Positions 1 through 9,549 are shown, counted from the first letter of the stretch. The stretch: 64,000 nucleotides of DNA from an uncultured delta proteobacterium (GCA_963711565.1 CAVQEQ010000002.1:160001-224000); one strand, 5' to 3'. Program-made: numbers and translations. The notes: generated by a model from the letters alone, not told the origin.

Positions 1-455
1 ATGTAATCGCGGCGCGCCACCGTAATGCGATTCTCGGTGCCCTCGAGCTGCGACTGAAGCGCAAGAAAATTCTGATTCGACTTAAGGTCGGGGTAAGCCT
101 CGGCTACCGCGAGCAGGCGGCCCAGTGCGCCGCCGATGGCGGCCTGGTTCTGCTCGAACTCATGAAAGGCCTGCGGGTTTGACAGGATGTCTGCCGGAAG
201 CTGCATCTGGGTTGCATGCGCGCGCGCTTCGGTCACCTGGGTCAGCACCTGCTGCTCCTGATGAGCATAACCCTTGACCGTCTCGACAAGGTTCGGGATA
301 AGGTCGGCGCGGCGCTGATATTGATTCAGCACCTCGCTCCAGGCGGCCTTCACTTGCTCGTCGAGTGTCGGAATCTTGTTGACGCCGCATCCAGACAGGG
401 ATGGCAGCATCAATCCAAAGACTACGATGAGAGTTAGCTCGCGGAAGTGCTTCAC
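1..455 (-). CDS. lemA: LemA family protein (3' end outside window)
   Basis: Manual translation: MKHFRELTLIVVFGLMLPSLSGCGVNKIPTLDEQVKAAWSEVLNQYQRRADLIPN...AEAYPDLKSNQNFLALQSQLEGTENRITVARRDY, classic LemA motifs. Alternative in-frame ATG at 491. Confidence 0.92.
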   Translation of the reverse strand, partial: MKHFRELTLIVVFGLMLPSLSGCGVNKIPTLDEQVKAAWSEVLNQYQRRADLIPNLVETVKGYAHQEQQVLTQVTEARAHATQMQLPADILSNPQAFHEFEQNQAAIGGALGRLLAVAEAYPDLKSNQNFLALQSQLEGTENRITVARRDY

Positions 456-536
456 TCGAAACAAGGTGACACCTGTGTGAAGGTGCGACATTAACCGCTC
501 CGCGTCAAGAGAACTCGAAGCGGACGGGATGCGGGC

Positions 537-579
537 AACCTAACCCCTAACCCCTTCCCATGTGGGAAGGGGAACAATC
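537..579 (+). repeat. REP-like palindromic element, copy 1
   Basis: AACCTAACCCCTAACCCCTTCCC-atgt-GGGAAGGGGAACAATC, the reverse complement of 62398-62440 except for the 4-nt loop. Confidence 0.85.
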
Positions 580-592
580 GCGGGAAAAATGA

Positions 593-1120
593 TCAGGCGC
601 CTTCGCGGCTCTTGAAGCGGTGCTGATTCGGCTCGGGCGGCATAGTCAGTAGCTCGCGCGAATAGATCTCGCCAAGATACTCGATCAGATTTCGCATCGA
701 GACTACCGCGGTCGGGCGGCCGTCGTCGTCGACCAGCGGAATGTGACGGAATCCCTCGAGCACCATCTTGCTCAGCGCGAACGCAACGTTGGCGTCGGAG
801 GGGAGCGTGAACGGATCGGCAGTCATCGACGCGGACACGGGGGTGTGCATGAGGTCGAGCGGCTGGCCGGCGACCTTCATCAGAATGTCGCGCTCGGTGA
901 AGATGCCGGCGAGGCGGTCGTCTTCCATTACGAGGACGCATGCGCGCCGCTCCTGCTGCATCAGGTGAATCGTGTCGGCGAGAGTGGAGGTCGAGGAGAC
1001 CATCAGCGCCGGCTGCGAGACCACCTCGCTGAGCGCAGTGTTCGCGAGCGCGGACTCGAGAACCTGGGGGCCGGGATGTTCGTCGTCGAATAGCTCGCGG
1101 TCATCGTCGTCGATCGCCAT
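593..1120 (-). CDS. CBS domain-containing protein
   Basis: Tandem CBS pair (LAGIFTERDIL, FRHIPLVDDDGRPTAVVS). Start uncertain (1120-1147). Confidence 0.85.
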   Translation of the reverse strand: MAIDDDDRELFDDEHPGPQVLESALANTALSEVVSQPALMVSSTSTLADTIHLMQQERRACVLVMEDDRLAGIFTERDILMKVAGQPLDLMHTPVSASMTADPFTLPSDANVAFALSKMVLEGFRHIPLVDDDGRPTAVVSMRNLIEYLGEIYSRELLTMPPEPNQHRFKSREGA

Positions 1121-1212
1121 GGTCATCCCTCCGATGCCGATACGCATAGCCTAGGCCGTTGCCAAGTTTAGGGCAAAGGGCGCGAGCGACCTGCGTGAAG
1201 GTTAGGAGACGA

Positions 1213-1830
1213 CTAGCCGGACGCCACGATCATTTCCTCGACGTCACGCAGCCGATCCTTGCCGAAGAAGATCTCGTTGCCGACGTAAAACGTCGGTGAG
1301 CCGAAGGTGCCGCGCTCAACTGAGCGATTGGTGTTCTCGATTAGTTCGTCCTTCACCGGCCTGGTTTCGATTAGCTCGAGGATTTTTGGAGTGGGCAGCC
1401 CCGCTTCGTCGAGCGCCACGCGAAAAATATTGGGGTCGTCCATCTTTTTGGGGGCAGCCCACATGTTGCGGTACATCTCGTCCACGTAGCGCTCGAACAC
1501 ACCGAGCGACCGCGCGGCGATAGCTCCCCGCATCATCATCAGAGTGTTTACAGGAAAGAAGGGGTTGCTCTGAAAACGCGTAATCCCATGGCGTTTGATG
1601 AAGCGGGCCATTTCAAGCCGCTCGTACTCCGGCTTGTTCCTGATCCCCACCAGGCTTTGCGCGGGCGACCGATTATTGGTCATCTTGAACACACCGCCGA
1701 GCAACACGGGCACGTATTCGAACTTCGCTCCCGTGCGCTTTTCGATTTCCGGAATCACGAGATGGCTCAGGTATGCGTTAGGACTGCCGAAGTCGAAGTG
1801 AAATTCTACTTTGACCATAGGGCTCACCAT
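1213..1830 (-). CDS. 2-hydroxychromene-2-carboxylate isomerase / kappa-class GST (DsbA family)
   Basis: FHFDFGSPNAYL and GTFGSPTFYVGNEIFFGKDRL motifs. Confidence 0.9.
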   Translation of the reverse strand: MVSPMVKVEFHFDFGSPNAYLSHLVIPEIEKRTGAKFEYVPVLLGGVFKMTNNRSPAQSLVGIRNKPEYERLEMARFIKRHGITRFQSNPFFPVNTLMMMRGAIAARSLGVFERYVDEMYRNMWAAPKKMDDPNIFRVALDEAGLPTPKILELIETRPVKDELIENTNRSVERGTFGSPTFYVGNEIFFGKDRLRDVEEMIVASG

Positions 1831-2567
1831 TTTTCTCCGAAGGGACGGATCTCCTGCTCGAAGGTCCACGCGTCGCGCGGCTGCTGGTAGAGCTGCCAAT
1901 AGGTTTCAGCTACGGCGGCGGGTCTCATGAGGCGCCCCGGGTCAAGGTTCTTCATCGCCTCGTCACCTTCTCGCTCCCTGATTCGATCGCGTACCCATGC
2001 GGTATCGACGCCCGCGTCGATTATGAGATGAGCGACGTGGATATTCTTCGGGCCGAGCTCGCGCGCGGCGCTTTGCGCAACCGCGCGCAGGCCGAATTTC
2101 GCGGCCGCGAATGCGGCGTAACCGGCGCCGCCGCGCAGGCTGGCGGTGGCGCCGGTGAAGAATATCGCTCCGCGACCGCGCGGGATCATCAGGCGCGCGG
2201 CCTCACGCCCAGCGACGAAACCGGAGTAGCAGGCCATCTCCCAGACCTTGCGGAACACGCGGTCGGTGGTCTCGAGCAGCGAGAAATTGACGTTGGCGCC
2301 AATATTGAAGATGCACACTTCGAGCGGCGCCTGCTTGTCGGCGTCGTGCAGGAATGCGGTGAGGTCATCTTCCTTGCGCGCGTCGAGCGATCGCGCGGAG
2401 ATTCTGCCCCCGCCTGCCTCGACCTCGGCAACCAATGGCGCGAGCTTGTCGCCTTGCCGGCGGCCCGCGAAAACAGTGAAACCTTCGGCCGCGAATTTTT
2501 TGGCGATTGCGCCGCCGATATAATCGCCGGCGCCGATCACTGCCGCCGTTGCATTTCTGTGCTCCAA
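1824..2567 (-). CDS. Short-chain dehydrogenase/reductase (atypical, FxxxK)
   Basis: VIGAGDYIG Rossmann motif; FAAAK at the YxxxK position. TTG start with AAGGAGG RBS. Confidence 0.88.
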   Translation of the reverse strand: MEHRNATAAVIGAGDYIGGAIAKKFAAEGFTVFAGRRQGDKLAPLVAEVEAGGGRISARSLDARKEDDLTAFLHDADKQAPLEVCIFNIGANVNFSLLETTDRVFRKVWEMACYSGFVAGREAARLMIPRGRGAIFFTGATASLRGGAGYAAFAAAKFGLRAVAQSAARELGPKNIHVAHLIIDAGVDTAWVRDRIREREGDEAMKNLDPGRLMRPAAVAETYWQLYQQPRDAWTFEQEIRPFGEKW

Positions 2568-2586
2568 AGGGAAATCCTCCTTGCGT

Positions 2587-3186
2587 CTAACGGCGGCCGG
2601 TCGCGCGGACCTTGCCATGCTTAATCACTCGCTTGGCGGTACTCTTCAATATCAACTCTGAAAGGTCTTCGTCACTCACCGCACGCGCGAGAATCAGCGC
2701 GCCGGCCATGGAAGCGAACGCGACGATCGCGTCCTCGTAGCGGTGTCCTTTCCGATCATCGGGCATCAACCGGGATAGAAATTCGAGATCGTCTTTTATC
2801 TCCCGGGTGAAGGCCTTACGAACGCGGCGCGGTTGCCGGGCGATGTCGGTGCCGAGGGCGGCGACCACGCAGCCGGTGCCGGGCGCGTCGCGATGAGCAC
2901 GCGACAGGTAACTGTCCACGATCGCCGGCAGCGCACGCTTGCCCGGGTTGCGCTCGAGCGCTCGCTGCCAGACGCGCTTGCCGCGCGCCAGCGCGAAGCG
3001 AATCGCTTCCGCCGCGATAGCCTCCTTGGAGCCGAACTGGCTGTAGAGCCCGCCGTGAGTAAGGCCGGCATCTTCGGTAATCGAGTCAACGCCGGTCGCG
3101 GCGATACCCTGCTCGCGGAACAGACGCGCGGCAGAAGTCAGGATTCGTTGGCGGTTATGCGCAGCCTTTTCTTTGGAAACCCGCAT
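2587..3186 (-). CDS. TetR/AcrR family transcriptional regulator
   Basis: N-terminal HTH (RILTSAARLFREQG...AGLTHGGLYSQFGSK). GGAGAGG RBS before ATG 3186. Confidence 0.92.
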   Translation of the reverse strand: MRVSKEKAAHNRQRILTSAARLFREQGIAATGVDSITEDAGLTHGGLYSQFGSKEAIAAEAIRFALARGKRVWQRALERNPGKRALPAIVDSYLSRAHRDAPGTGCVVAALGTDIARQPRRVRKAFTREIKDDLEFLSRLMPDDRKGHRYEDAIVAFASMAGALILARAVSDEDLSELILKSTAKRVIKHGKVRATGRR

Positions 3187-3215
3187 CCACCTCTCCAACT
3201 GTTTGCGATCTGTAC

Positions 3216-3268
3216 TTGACACATATGATTACGAGCGTCATTAATATGCCAAACATGACGAGCGCCAT
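3216..3268. promoter_or_regulatory. Divergent promoter with two putative TetR operators (ATGAC-N4-GTCAT consensus)
   Basis: TTGACA at 3216-3221; imperfect palindromes ATTACgagcGTCAT (3228-3241) and ATGACgagcGCCAT (3255-3268), between the TetR and SDR starts. Confidence 0.6.
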
Positions 3269-3291
3269 CAATAGGGCGGGTGGGAGTGATC

Positions 3292-4023
3292 ATGAGCGAA
3301 TCCAGCTCGGGAAAATCAGGCAAAGTTTGCGTTGTGGTCGGCGTCGGCGAAGGCCTTGGCATGGCGCTCGCGCTGCGCTTCGCCGCGGGTTACAAGGTGG
3401 CGCTGATCGCCCGCAGCGCCGAGGTTATCGGCAAGACCGCCAGCGAGATCAAGTCGGCAGGTGGCGTCGGGCTTCCAATCCAGAGTGACGCGACTATCGA
3501 ATCGGATATAGCAACCGCGCACGAACGAATTGAGCGCGAACTCGGGCCAGTCGAAATCCTCATCTACAATGGCGGCCGTCGTCCAATGGGCCGCCTGATG
3601 GACACCACTCCCAAGGTGTTCGAGGAGACCTGGCGAGTGCATACGTTCGGCGCATTTCTGTGGGCGCGGCAAGTCGTGCCTGAGATGCTCTCACGTGGCA
3701 GCGGCGCGATTCTTATCACTGGCGCGACCGCGGGCATCAGGCCGTGGCCGACTTCGGCAGGGTTCGCGCCCGCGAAGTTTGCAGTGCGCGGTCTCGCCGA
3801 AGTGATGTCCCGCGATCTTCATCCACAGGGCATTCACGTGGCATACGTTAACGTCAACGGCGGCATCGACATGCCGCTGCTCAGGAAGTTCCGTCCCGAT
3901 TCAAAGGACGAAGACTTGCTCAAGCCGTCGGCGATTGCCGACGCGTTCTGGTACCTTGCGCATCAGGATCGGAGCGCATGGAGCCATGAGCTCGATGTCA
4001 GACCCTTCAAAGAAAAGTTCTAG
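3292..4023 (+). CDS. Short-chain dehydrogenase/reductase (atypical, FxxxK)
   Basis: VVGVGEGLG; FAPAK; C-terminal AWSHELDVRPF shared with the neighbouring SDRs. Confidence 0.88.
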   Translation: MSESSSGKSGKVCVVVGVGEGLGMALALRFAAGYKVALIARSAEVIGKTASEIKSAGGVGLPIQSDATIESDIATAHERIERELGPVEILIYNGGRRPMGRLMDTTPKVFEETWRVHTFGAFLWARQVVPEMLSRGSGAILITGATAGIRPWPTSAGFAPAKFAVRGLAEVMSRDLHPQGIHVAYVNVNGGIDMPLLRKFRPDSKDEDLLKPSAIADAFWYLAHQDRSAWSHELDVRPFKEKF

Positions 4024-4045
4024 GGCGGATGCCGCTGCTGCTGCC

Positions 4046-4686
4046 ATGACGAATGATCTAACTCTATGGGGAGTCGGAACGAGCCGCACGATGCGGCCTC
4101 ATTGGATGCTGCTGGAACTGGGCTTGGAGTACAAGTTTCACGCGATAGGTTCGCGCACTGGAGAGACCAAGACCGATGAGTTCATGCGGATCAATCCGCG
4201 GCATAAGATTCCAGTCCTTCGCCATGGGTCTTTCATCTTAACCGAGAGCGCGGCAATCATTCAGTACTTGAGTGAGACCTTTAGCAGTCCCGAATTGATA
4301 GCAGTCCCCCGCGATGCTGAGAGTAGGGCCGCTTTGAACGAATGGTGTTATTTCATCGCGACGGAGCTGGACGCCGGTTCGCTCTACGTGATGAGACGCC
4401 ATGTAGGCCTCGAGCACGTCTATGGCGCTGCGCCAAAGGCGGTAGAAGCCGCCAGGAACTACTTCATGGAGAACGCCGAAGCGATGGCCCCCAGGATCGC
4501 GAAGTCGGGCCGATATCTAATGGGCGATCGGATCAGCGTGGCCGATATCCTTCTGATGACTTGCCTTGATTGGGCAGTTACCGACCGAATTCCATTATCC
4601 GACACCTTGCATGAGTATCGCTCACGTGTAGCTAGCCTGCGGCGTACCAGAAGGCTCTTGAGAGGAATTTTCCGGCGAGGGGTTAG
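4046..4686 (+). CDS. Glutathione S-transferase (1-bp frameshift near 4640 fuses it to the next ORF)
   Basis: TSRTMRPHWML, NPRHKIPVL, ESAAI, SVADIL. The natural-looking C-terminus AYQKALERNFPARG* lies in another frame and ends at TAG 4684-4686. Confidence 0.8.
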
Positions 4687-4723
4687 TCCTCGCCAAACTG
4701 ATCGGCAACGAGGAGTAAGGAAA

Positions 4724-5935
4724 ATGCCGGGTGCTATGGAAGGAGTGCGAGTACTCGACCTGACGACGATGGTTGCAGGGCCGGTCGCGACTATGATGCT
4801 CGCCGACCAGGGCGCCGAAGTTATCAAGGTCGAGTCGCCGCATGGCGATCTTATGCGGCATTTCAGCCGTGGACGCAACGGCATGAACGCAGCCTTCCTT
4901 AGCTGCAACCGGAACAAGCGCTCGCTGGCTGTAGATCTTAAGTCAGCAGATGGTCTTGAGATTCTCAAACGGTTGATAGCCACTGCGCAAGTGTTCGTTC
5001 ACAACTTCCGCCCCGGAATTGCGGAGCGGATGGGTCTCGGCGAAGAGATAGTAAGAGCTATTCGGCGCGACATAGTTTACGTATCGATCACCGGATATGG
5101 AACGAAAGGCCCCTATGCCAACCAACGCGCCTACGATCCGGTGATCCAGGCTATGTCTGGCCTCGCGGACATCCAGCGTGACAGAGATACCGGACGTCCC
5201 AGGATGGTGCGAACTATCATCGCGGACTATACGACCGCCTTGACCGCGGCGCAGGCGATAACCGCGGCGCTTTTCGCGCGCGAACGGACCGGCGGAGGGC
5301 AGCACGTCCGGATCTCGATGCTCGACGCAATGATCTCCTATCTGTGGCCCGAAGCTATGCCCAGCCTGACCTTCGTAGGTGACGAGACCGATCCCTCTGA
5401 CGGCGAGGTCGGTCCCGATCTCGTATTCGCCACGCAGGACCGTTATATAACCGCGGCTGCGCTGTCAGATGACGAATGGGCCGGCATGTGCCGGGCGCTG
5501 AATCGGCAGGAACTCATCGACGATCTCCGCTTCAAGACTGCACGCGATCGATCGGTAAATGCGGTCGAACGGCGCACGATAACCTCGGCGGAACTGGAGA
5601 AATGGCGCGCGGACGAAATCCTGCCGCGGCTACTCGCCAACGACGTTCCATCCGCACCGGTGGTGAGCCGTTTCGAGCTGCTGCATGACAAACAGGTCAG
5701 CGAGAATCATATCCTCGAGGAGTTTGACAGCGAACAATTCGGCAAGGTGCGGATGCCACGGCCGGCTGCGCTATTCGATCGCACGCCGGCAAAGATCCGC
5801 GCGCTCGCGCCCCGACTAGGCGCGGACAACGCCGCTATCCTCGCAGAGCTTGGCTACGACGCAGACGACATCACGCGCCTTGAGAGCAACAAGGTCGTGC
5901 ACAACTCAGTGAAGAAGGAATCCGCTGGTGGATAA
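4724..5935 (+). CDS. CaiB/BaiF family III CoA-transferase
   Basis: GVRVLDLT..AGP..TMMLADQGAEVIKVE, NRNKRSL, HNFRPG, AYDPVIQAMSG. Own RBS (GAGGAG) before ATG 4724. Confidence 0.92.
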   Translation: MPGAMEGVRVLDLTTMVAGPVATMMLADQGAEVIKVESPHGDLMRHFSRGRNGMNAAFLSCNRNKRSLAVDLKSADGLEILKRLIATAQVFVHNFRPGIAERMGLGEEIVRAIRRDIVYVSITGYGTKGPYANQRAYDPVIQAMSGLADIQRDRDTGRPRMVRTIIADYTTALTAAQAITAALFARERTGGGQHVRISMLDAMISYLWPEAMPSLTFVGDETDPSDGEVGPDLVFATQDRYITAAALSDDEWAGMCRALNRQELIDDLRFKTARDRSVNAVERRTITSAELEKWRADEILPRLLANDVPSAPVVSRFELLHDKQVSENHILEEFDSEQFGKVRMPRPAALFDRTPAKIRALAPRLGADNAAILAELGYDADDITRLESNKVVHNSVKKESAGG

Positions 5936-6635
5936 AAAGAATCCTATCGCAGTTGTTACCGGGGTAGGACCTGGCACTGGCGCTGCAATTGCGCGACGCT
6001 TAGCGAGCGGCGGCTACGCGGTTGCGATGCTCGCACGGAATCGCGATCGCCTCGCCGCGCTCGAGCGGGAGATCCCCAACTCGCATGCCTATCAATGCGA
6101 TGTAACCGATGAAGCGCAGCTTGATGTTACTCTTGATGCGATACGCGCGACGCTCGGCGCGCCCAGGGTGTTGATTCACAATGCGGTTGGTGGCGCGTTC
6201 GGGAACTTCATGGAAATCGATCCCAAAGTGCTTAATCAGAATTTCCAGGTGAATACGATGGCGCTGCTGTATCTCGCTCGGCGTCTCGCGCCTGCGATGA
6301 TCGCCGCGGGCGAAGGCGCGATCATCGCCAGCGGCAATACGTCCGCACTTCGCGGCAAGGCCAGCTTTGCCGGGTTCGCACCGACCAAGGCGGCGCAGCG
6401 GATTCTCGCGGAGTCGATGGCGCGCGAGCTAGGACCCAAAGGTGTGCACGTCGCCTACGTGCTGATCGATGCGGTCATCGACCTGGAGTGGACGCGCAAG
6501 CGTTTTCGCGATGCCCCCGACGAGTTCTTCATCAAACCTGCCGCCATAGCCGACGAGGTCTGGCACGTCGCGCATCAGGATCGCTCCGCGTGGTCATTCA
6601 ACGTCGAGGTCAGGCCGTATCGCGAAACCTGGTGA
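5928..6635 (+). CDS. Short-chain dehydrogenase/reductase (atypical, FxxxK)
   Basis: VVTGVGPGTG; FAPTK; AWSFNVEVRPY. Confidence 0.88.
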   Translation: MDKKNPIAVVTGVGPGTGAAIARRLASGGYAVAMLARNRDRLAALEREIPNSHAYQCDVTDEAQLDVTLDAIRATLGAPRVLIHNAVGGAFGNFMEIDPKVLNQNFQVNTMALLYLARRLAPAMIAAGEGAIIASGNTSALRGKASFAGFAPTKAAQRILAESMARELGPKGVHVAYVLIDAVIDLEWTRKRFRDAPDEFFIKPAAIADEVWHVAHQDRSAWSFNVEVRPYRETW

Positions 6636-6664
6636 GCGACAGGTCTTACCTGGAGGAAGGACTG

Positions 6665-7465
6665 ATGAGCGACTTGCGGATATTTTCCTATCTGCCTAAC
6701 CCGCGCATTTGGAAAGCTACTATCGCGGCGCGTCTTTGTGGTGTCGACGTTGAGGTAAGAGGAACCTCGCCCAAGGAGCTTCAATCATGGCTATGGGACT
6801 TCGACGCGCGACCGCTCTCGAGCAGCGAGCTGGCTAGGTCTACTGACAATACGAAAGGCAAGGTCGGCTTCACCGGAACTTTACATAAGACTGCGGCGTT
6901 CATGGACGCGCATCCGTTTGGCACTGTTCCAGCCGCTTTCAGTCCTGACGGTAAGACCGGCATTTTCGAATCTAACAGTATCATGCGAGCCGTAGCCCGC
7001 CTCGGCGAAAAGCGATTACCGCTGTATGGCCGCGATGCCTATGAAGCGGCACGGGTGGACAGTTTCCTCGACGCGAGTCTCGTGTTCGCGCGCGACTCAC
7101 AGATTTATTTGCTTTCTTTGATCAGTGGAACGTTGTCGCCTGAGATTCATTCGAGAATGCGCGATAGCTTCGCGGTCTATCTGGCAGGAATCAACCAGGC
7201 GCTTTTGCCCAACCGCGAATTTCTGGTTGGTGAAAATATTTCCATCGCGGACATCTGCTTCGCTGCCGAGTTGGCTTTGTTCTTCAACGAGAAGGCGCGT
7301 ACCGGCGAGCTTGAGAAGAAAGGGCTCGAACCGATTCTGCATCACGGCACTGATGCGGAATTTTCGCGTGTCTTTGCCCACTTCTCCCGACTGCGCAAGC
7401 ACGCGGCGTTCGCGCCTGACATGGAGCCTTACCTGAAAAAATTCGAATCCTCGAAACCAATTTGA
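6665..7465 (+). CDS. Glutathione S-transferase family protein (eEF1B-gamma-like N-terminus)
   Basis: SYLPNPRIWKATIAA, HPFGTVPA, FESNSI, SIADI. GGAGG RBS upstream. Confidence 0.8.
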   Translation: MSDLRIFSYLPNPRIWKATIAARLCGVDVEVRGTSPKELQSWLWDFDARPLSSSELARSTDNTKGKVGFTGTLHKTAAFMDAHPFGTVPAAFSPDGKTGIFESNSIMRAVARLGEKRLPLYGRDAYEAARVDSFLDASLVFARDSQIYLLSLISGTLSPEIHSRMRDSFAVYLAGINQALLPNREFLVGENISIADICFAAELALFFNEKARTGELEKKGLEPILHHGTDAEFSRVFAHFSRLRKHAAFAPDMEPYLKKFESSKPI

Positions 7466-7507
7466 TTCACGCGATGAGGCTGCACGTTGAGAATACTATC
7501 TGTCGAA

Positions 7508-8752
7508 TCAGGAGCCGGCGTCGGCTGCCCATTTCGGGGCGCGCACCTCGACTCCGGGCCGCGAACCCTCGACCCGAATCTGATGCGGCCGGGCGCCGCC
7601 GGCTGACGCGTAGCGCACAGTGTATTGCTCGCGCAGCTCAGCCGAAATGCTTTGGAAGTGAGCATCGAGCGCGGACATATCGGTCACGCGGGGATTCATT
7701 ACAAAGGTTGTTGCCCCGGTTTCATCGCTCAAGCTTTGCAACGTGGCCGCATCCACCCGCTCGTCCTCGCCGCCACTCGTTTGATGCCTGCGACCGAACC
7801 GCATCCCACCGCCACCGAACATCGGCGTAATCGTCATTGGACTCGTTCCCATCGACGACCCACCGGTCGTGCCGAGACCTACGGTATAGATCAGAACTCC
7901 AGCTCGGCGCGCAGCTTGAATGGCGTCGTTGAGTGAGTTCGAGCTCTTGTTGTCCATCCCGTCGGTCATCACCAGCAGCGCCTTCTTGGGCCATCGACCT
8001 TGTTCGACCTTCTGGAGCCCCTGCACCACCGCATCATACAGCGCGGTTTCGCCATTGGCATGGAGGATCCCGATCGCGCGGTCCAGAGCCGCGGGATCGT
8101 CGGTGAAGTCCTGCAGCAGGAAAGTGCGGTCGGAAAACGCTATTAGAAAGGCCTGGTCGCTCGGATTCAGGGTCCGAACGAAGTGCTGAAGGGCGGCTTC
8201 GGCGGCCGCCAGCTTCCACGACATGCTGCCACTGGTGTCAACCACGATACCGATACTTACAGGCATGTCGATATCGCGCTGAAGACCGAGAACCGGTCGC
8301 TGGATTCCATCTTCATAGACGGTGAGGTCCTGCTTGCGGAGGTCCTGAATCCATCGCCCGGTGTCGTCGGTGGCCGTGACCTGAATTCTGCCCACGGTGG
8401 TTTGCGGCTGGCGCTCAGAAGTCGGCACTTCGAGCGTGCCTTCCTGACCCTGTGGCCGGGGCAATTCCTCGGCTGGCGGCGGTGACGATTGCGGAGCGGC
8501 TTGCGGTAAGGTGAGAGTCTGATCGGGCGCTCCCTGAGTTGGCGCCTGCGGAACATACCGAGGCGGGAGATTTTGCAATTGCGACGCCTGCGCAGTCTCG
8601 ATTGCCGGAGCAGCGATTTGTTGCGGCGCCGGATAATCGATCATCGGAATTGGGTTGGAAGCAGCCGCTTTCGTGACCAAAGCAGGCAACATTGCCAATG
8701 CGATCACGACGGCCGCGATCGCAACTGACCGAACATAGATTTCTCGATTCAT
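7508..8752 (-). CDS. Secreted VWA domain protein (VWFA-related, Acidobacterial type)
   Basis: Signal peptide, P/Q-rich linker, MIDAS DTSGSM, TALYDAV, MTDGMD, ELREQYTVRY. Confidence 0.88.
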   Translation of the reverse strand: MNREIYVRSVAIAAVVIALAMLPALVTKAAASNPIPMIDYPAPQQIAAPAIETAQASQLQNLPPRYVPQAPTQGAPDQTLTLPQAAPQSSPPPAEELPRPQGQEGTLEVPTSERQPQTTVGRIQVTATDDTGRWIQDLRKQDLTVYEDGIQRPVLGLQRDIDMPVSIGIVVDTSGSMSWKLAAAEAALQHFVRTLNPSDQAFLIAFSDRTFLLQDFTDDPAALDRAIGILHANGETALYDAVVQGLQKVEQGRWPKKALLVMTDGMDNKSSNSLNDAIQAARRAGVLIYTVGLGTTGGSSMGTSPMTITPMFGGGGMRFGRRHQTSGGEDERVDAATLQSLSDETGATTFVMNPRVTDMSALDAHFQSISAELREQYTVRYASAGGARPHQIRVEGSRPGVEVRAPKWAADAGS

Positions 8753-9014
8753 CTTCTTCTGCCCCGGAAAACCATGGAGCAGCAGCTACCGTCTTCTAAG
8801 ACGTAGTGACCCGGACTTTGGTTTCCGGAAAAGGCGAAGATCAGGCGGTAGTTTGGCCAAGAGGTGAAGACCGTCCAATGAGTGCCGAGGGTTGTAACCA
8901 GCCCCTCCTCACTCGACGTAACCGGAATTCAGCGTCGCCGTACTTGTGATGAATCAATGCATCCGGCCCTGAGTTTTCACCTGGCGAGCGCCTGTGTATC
9001 GAGGAAAAACTAAA

Positions 9015-9515
9015 ATGCGCCTGGCTCCAGTCGCCGCTATATTGCTCGCGGCGATGATCTTTGCCGCAGGATGTGGTCTCCCCTACCAGGCGGCTTCTGC
9101 ATATCGAGCAAACGAAATGGCGAGAGAGCTGAAGCCGGGAGACACGATAGCGCAAGTTCAGCAAAAGTTCGGCGAACCTGACATCGAAGACAGACCCAAC
9201 GACCGGACCGAAATCTGGAGTTACGCGAAGCATGCAAATAGCGACGATGTCGCCGCCGAAATCCTTTACACATCGGCAAAAGCCGGCGACAAAGGAACTT
9301 TTGAAGATTTGAAATTCGCCGATGGACGCCTGGTCTCGTGGGACGAGGCTCAGCACACCATGCCGTACAAGGAACGCTCGGGGTTGACGACGACGCTGAG
9401 TTACGGAAGTCACGGTGGTCGCAGCGAAACTGGGCAGGGTGGCAACGCGTCTTCTGAACCGTCAGGTTCCTCGACTCCGACCGGTCCGACGACCCCGTTT
9501 TCAGTTACCTTTTAG
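9015..9515 (+). CDS. Lipoprotein, SmpA/BamE-like domain
   Basis: Lipobox FAAGC; LKPGDT..QVQQKFGEP...EIWSY. Confidence 0.6.
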   Translation: MRLAPVAAILLAAMIFAAGCGLPYQAASAYRANEMARELKPGDTIAQVQQKFGEPDIEDRPNDRTEIWSYAKHANSDDVAAEILYTSAKAGDKGTFEDLKFADGRLVSWDEAQHTMPYKERSGLTTTLSYGSHGGRSETGQGGNASSEPSGSSTPTGPTTPFSVTF

Positions 9516-9549
9516 ATATATCCGGGAACCGCAAAGTACTTGATTTTAC

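Noticed and set aside
3935-5935. 666-aa GST-CoA transferase fusion as a novel enzyme
   Set aside because: Explained by a 1-bp frameshift; each part has its own start and stop signals.
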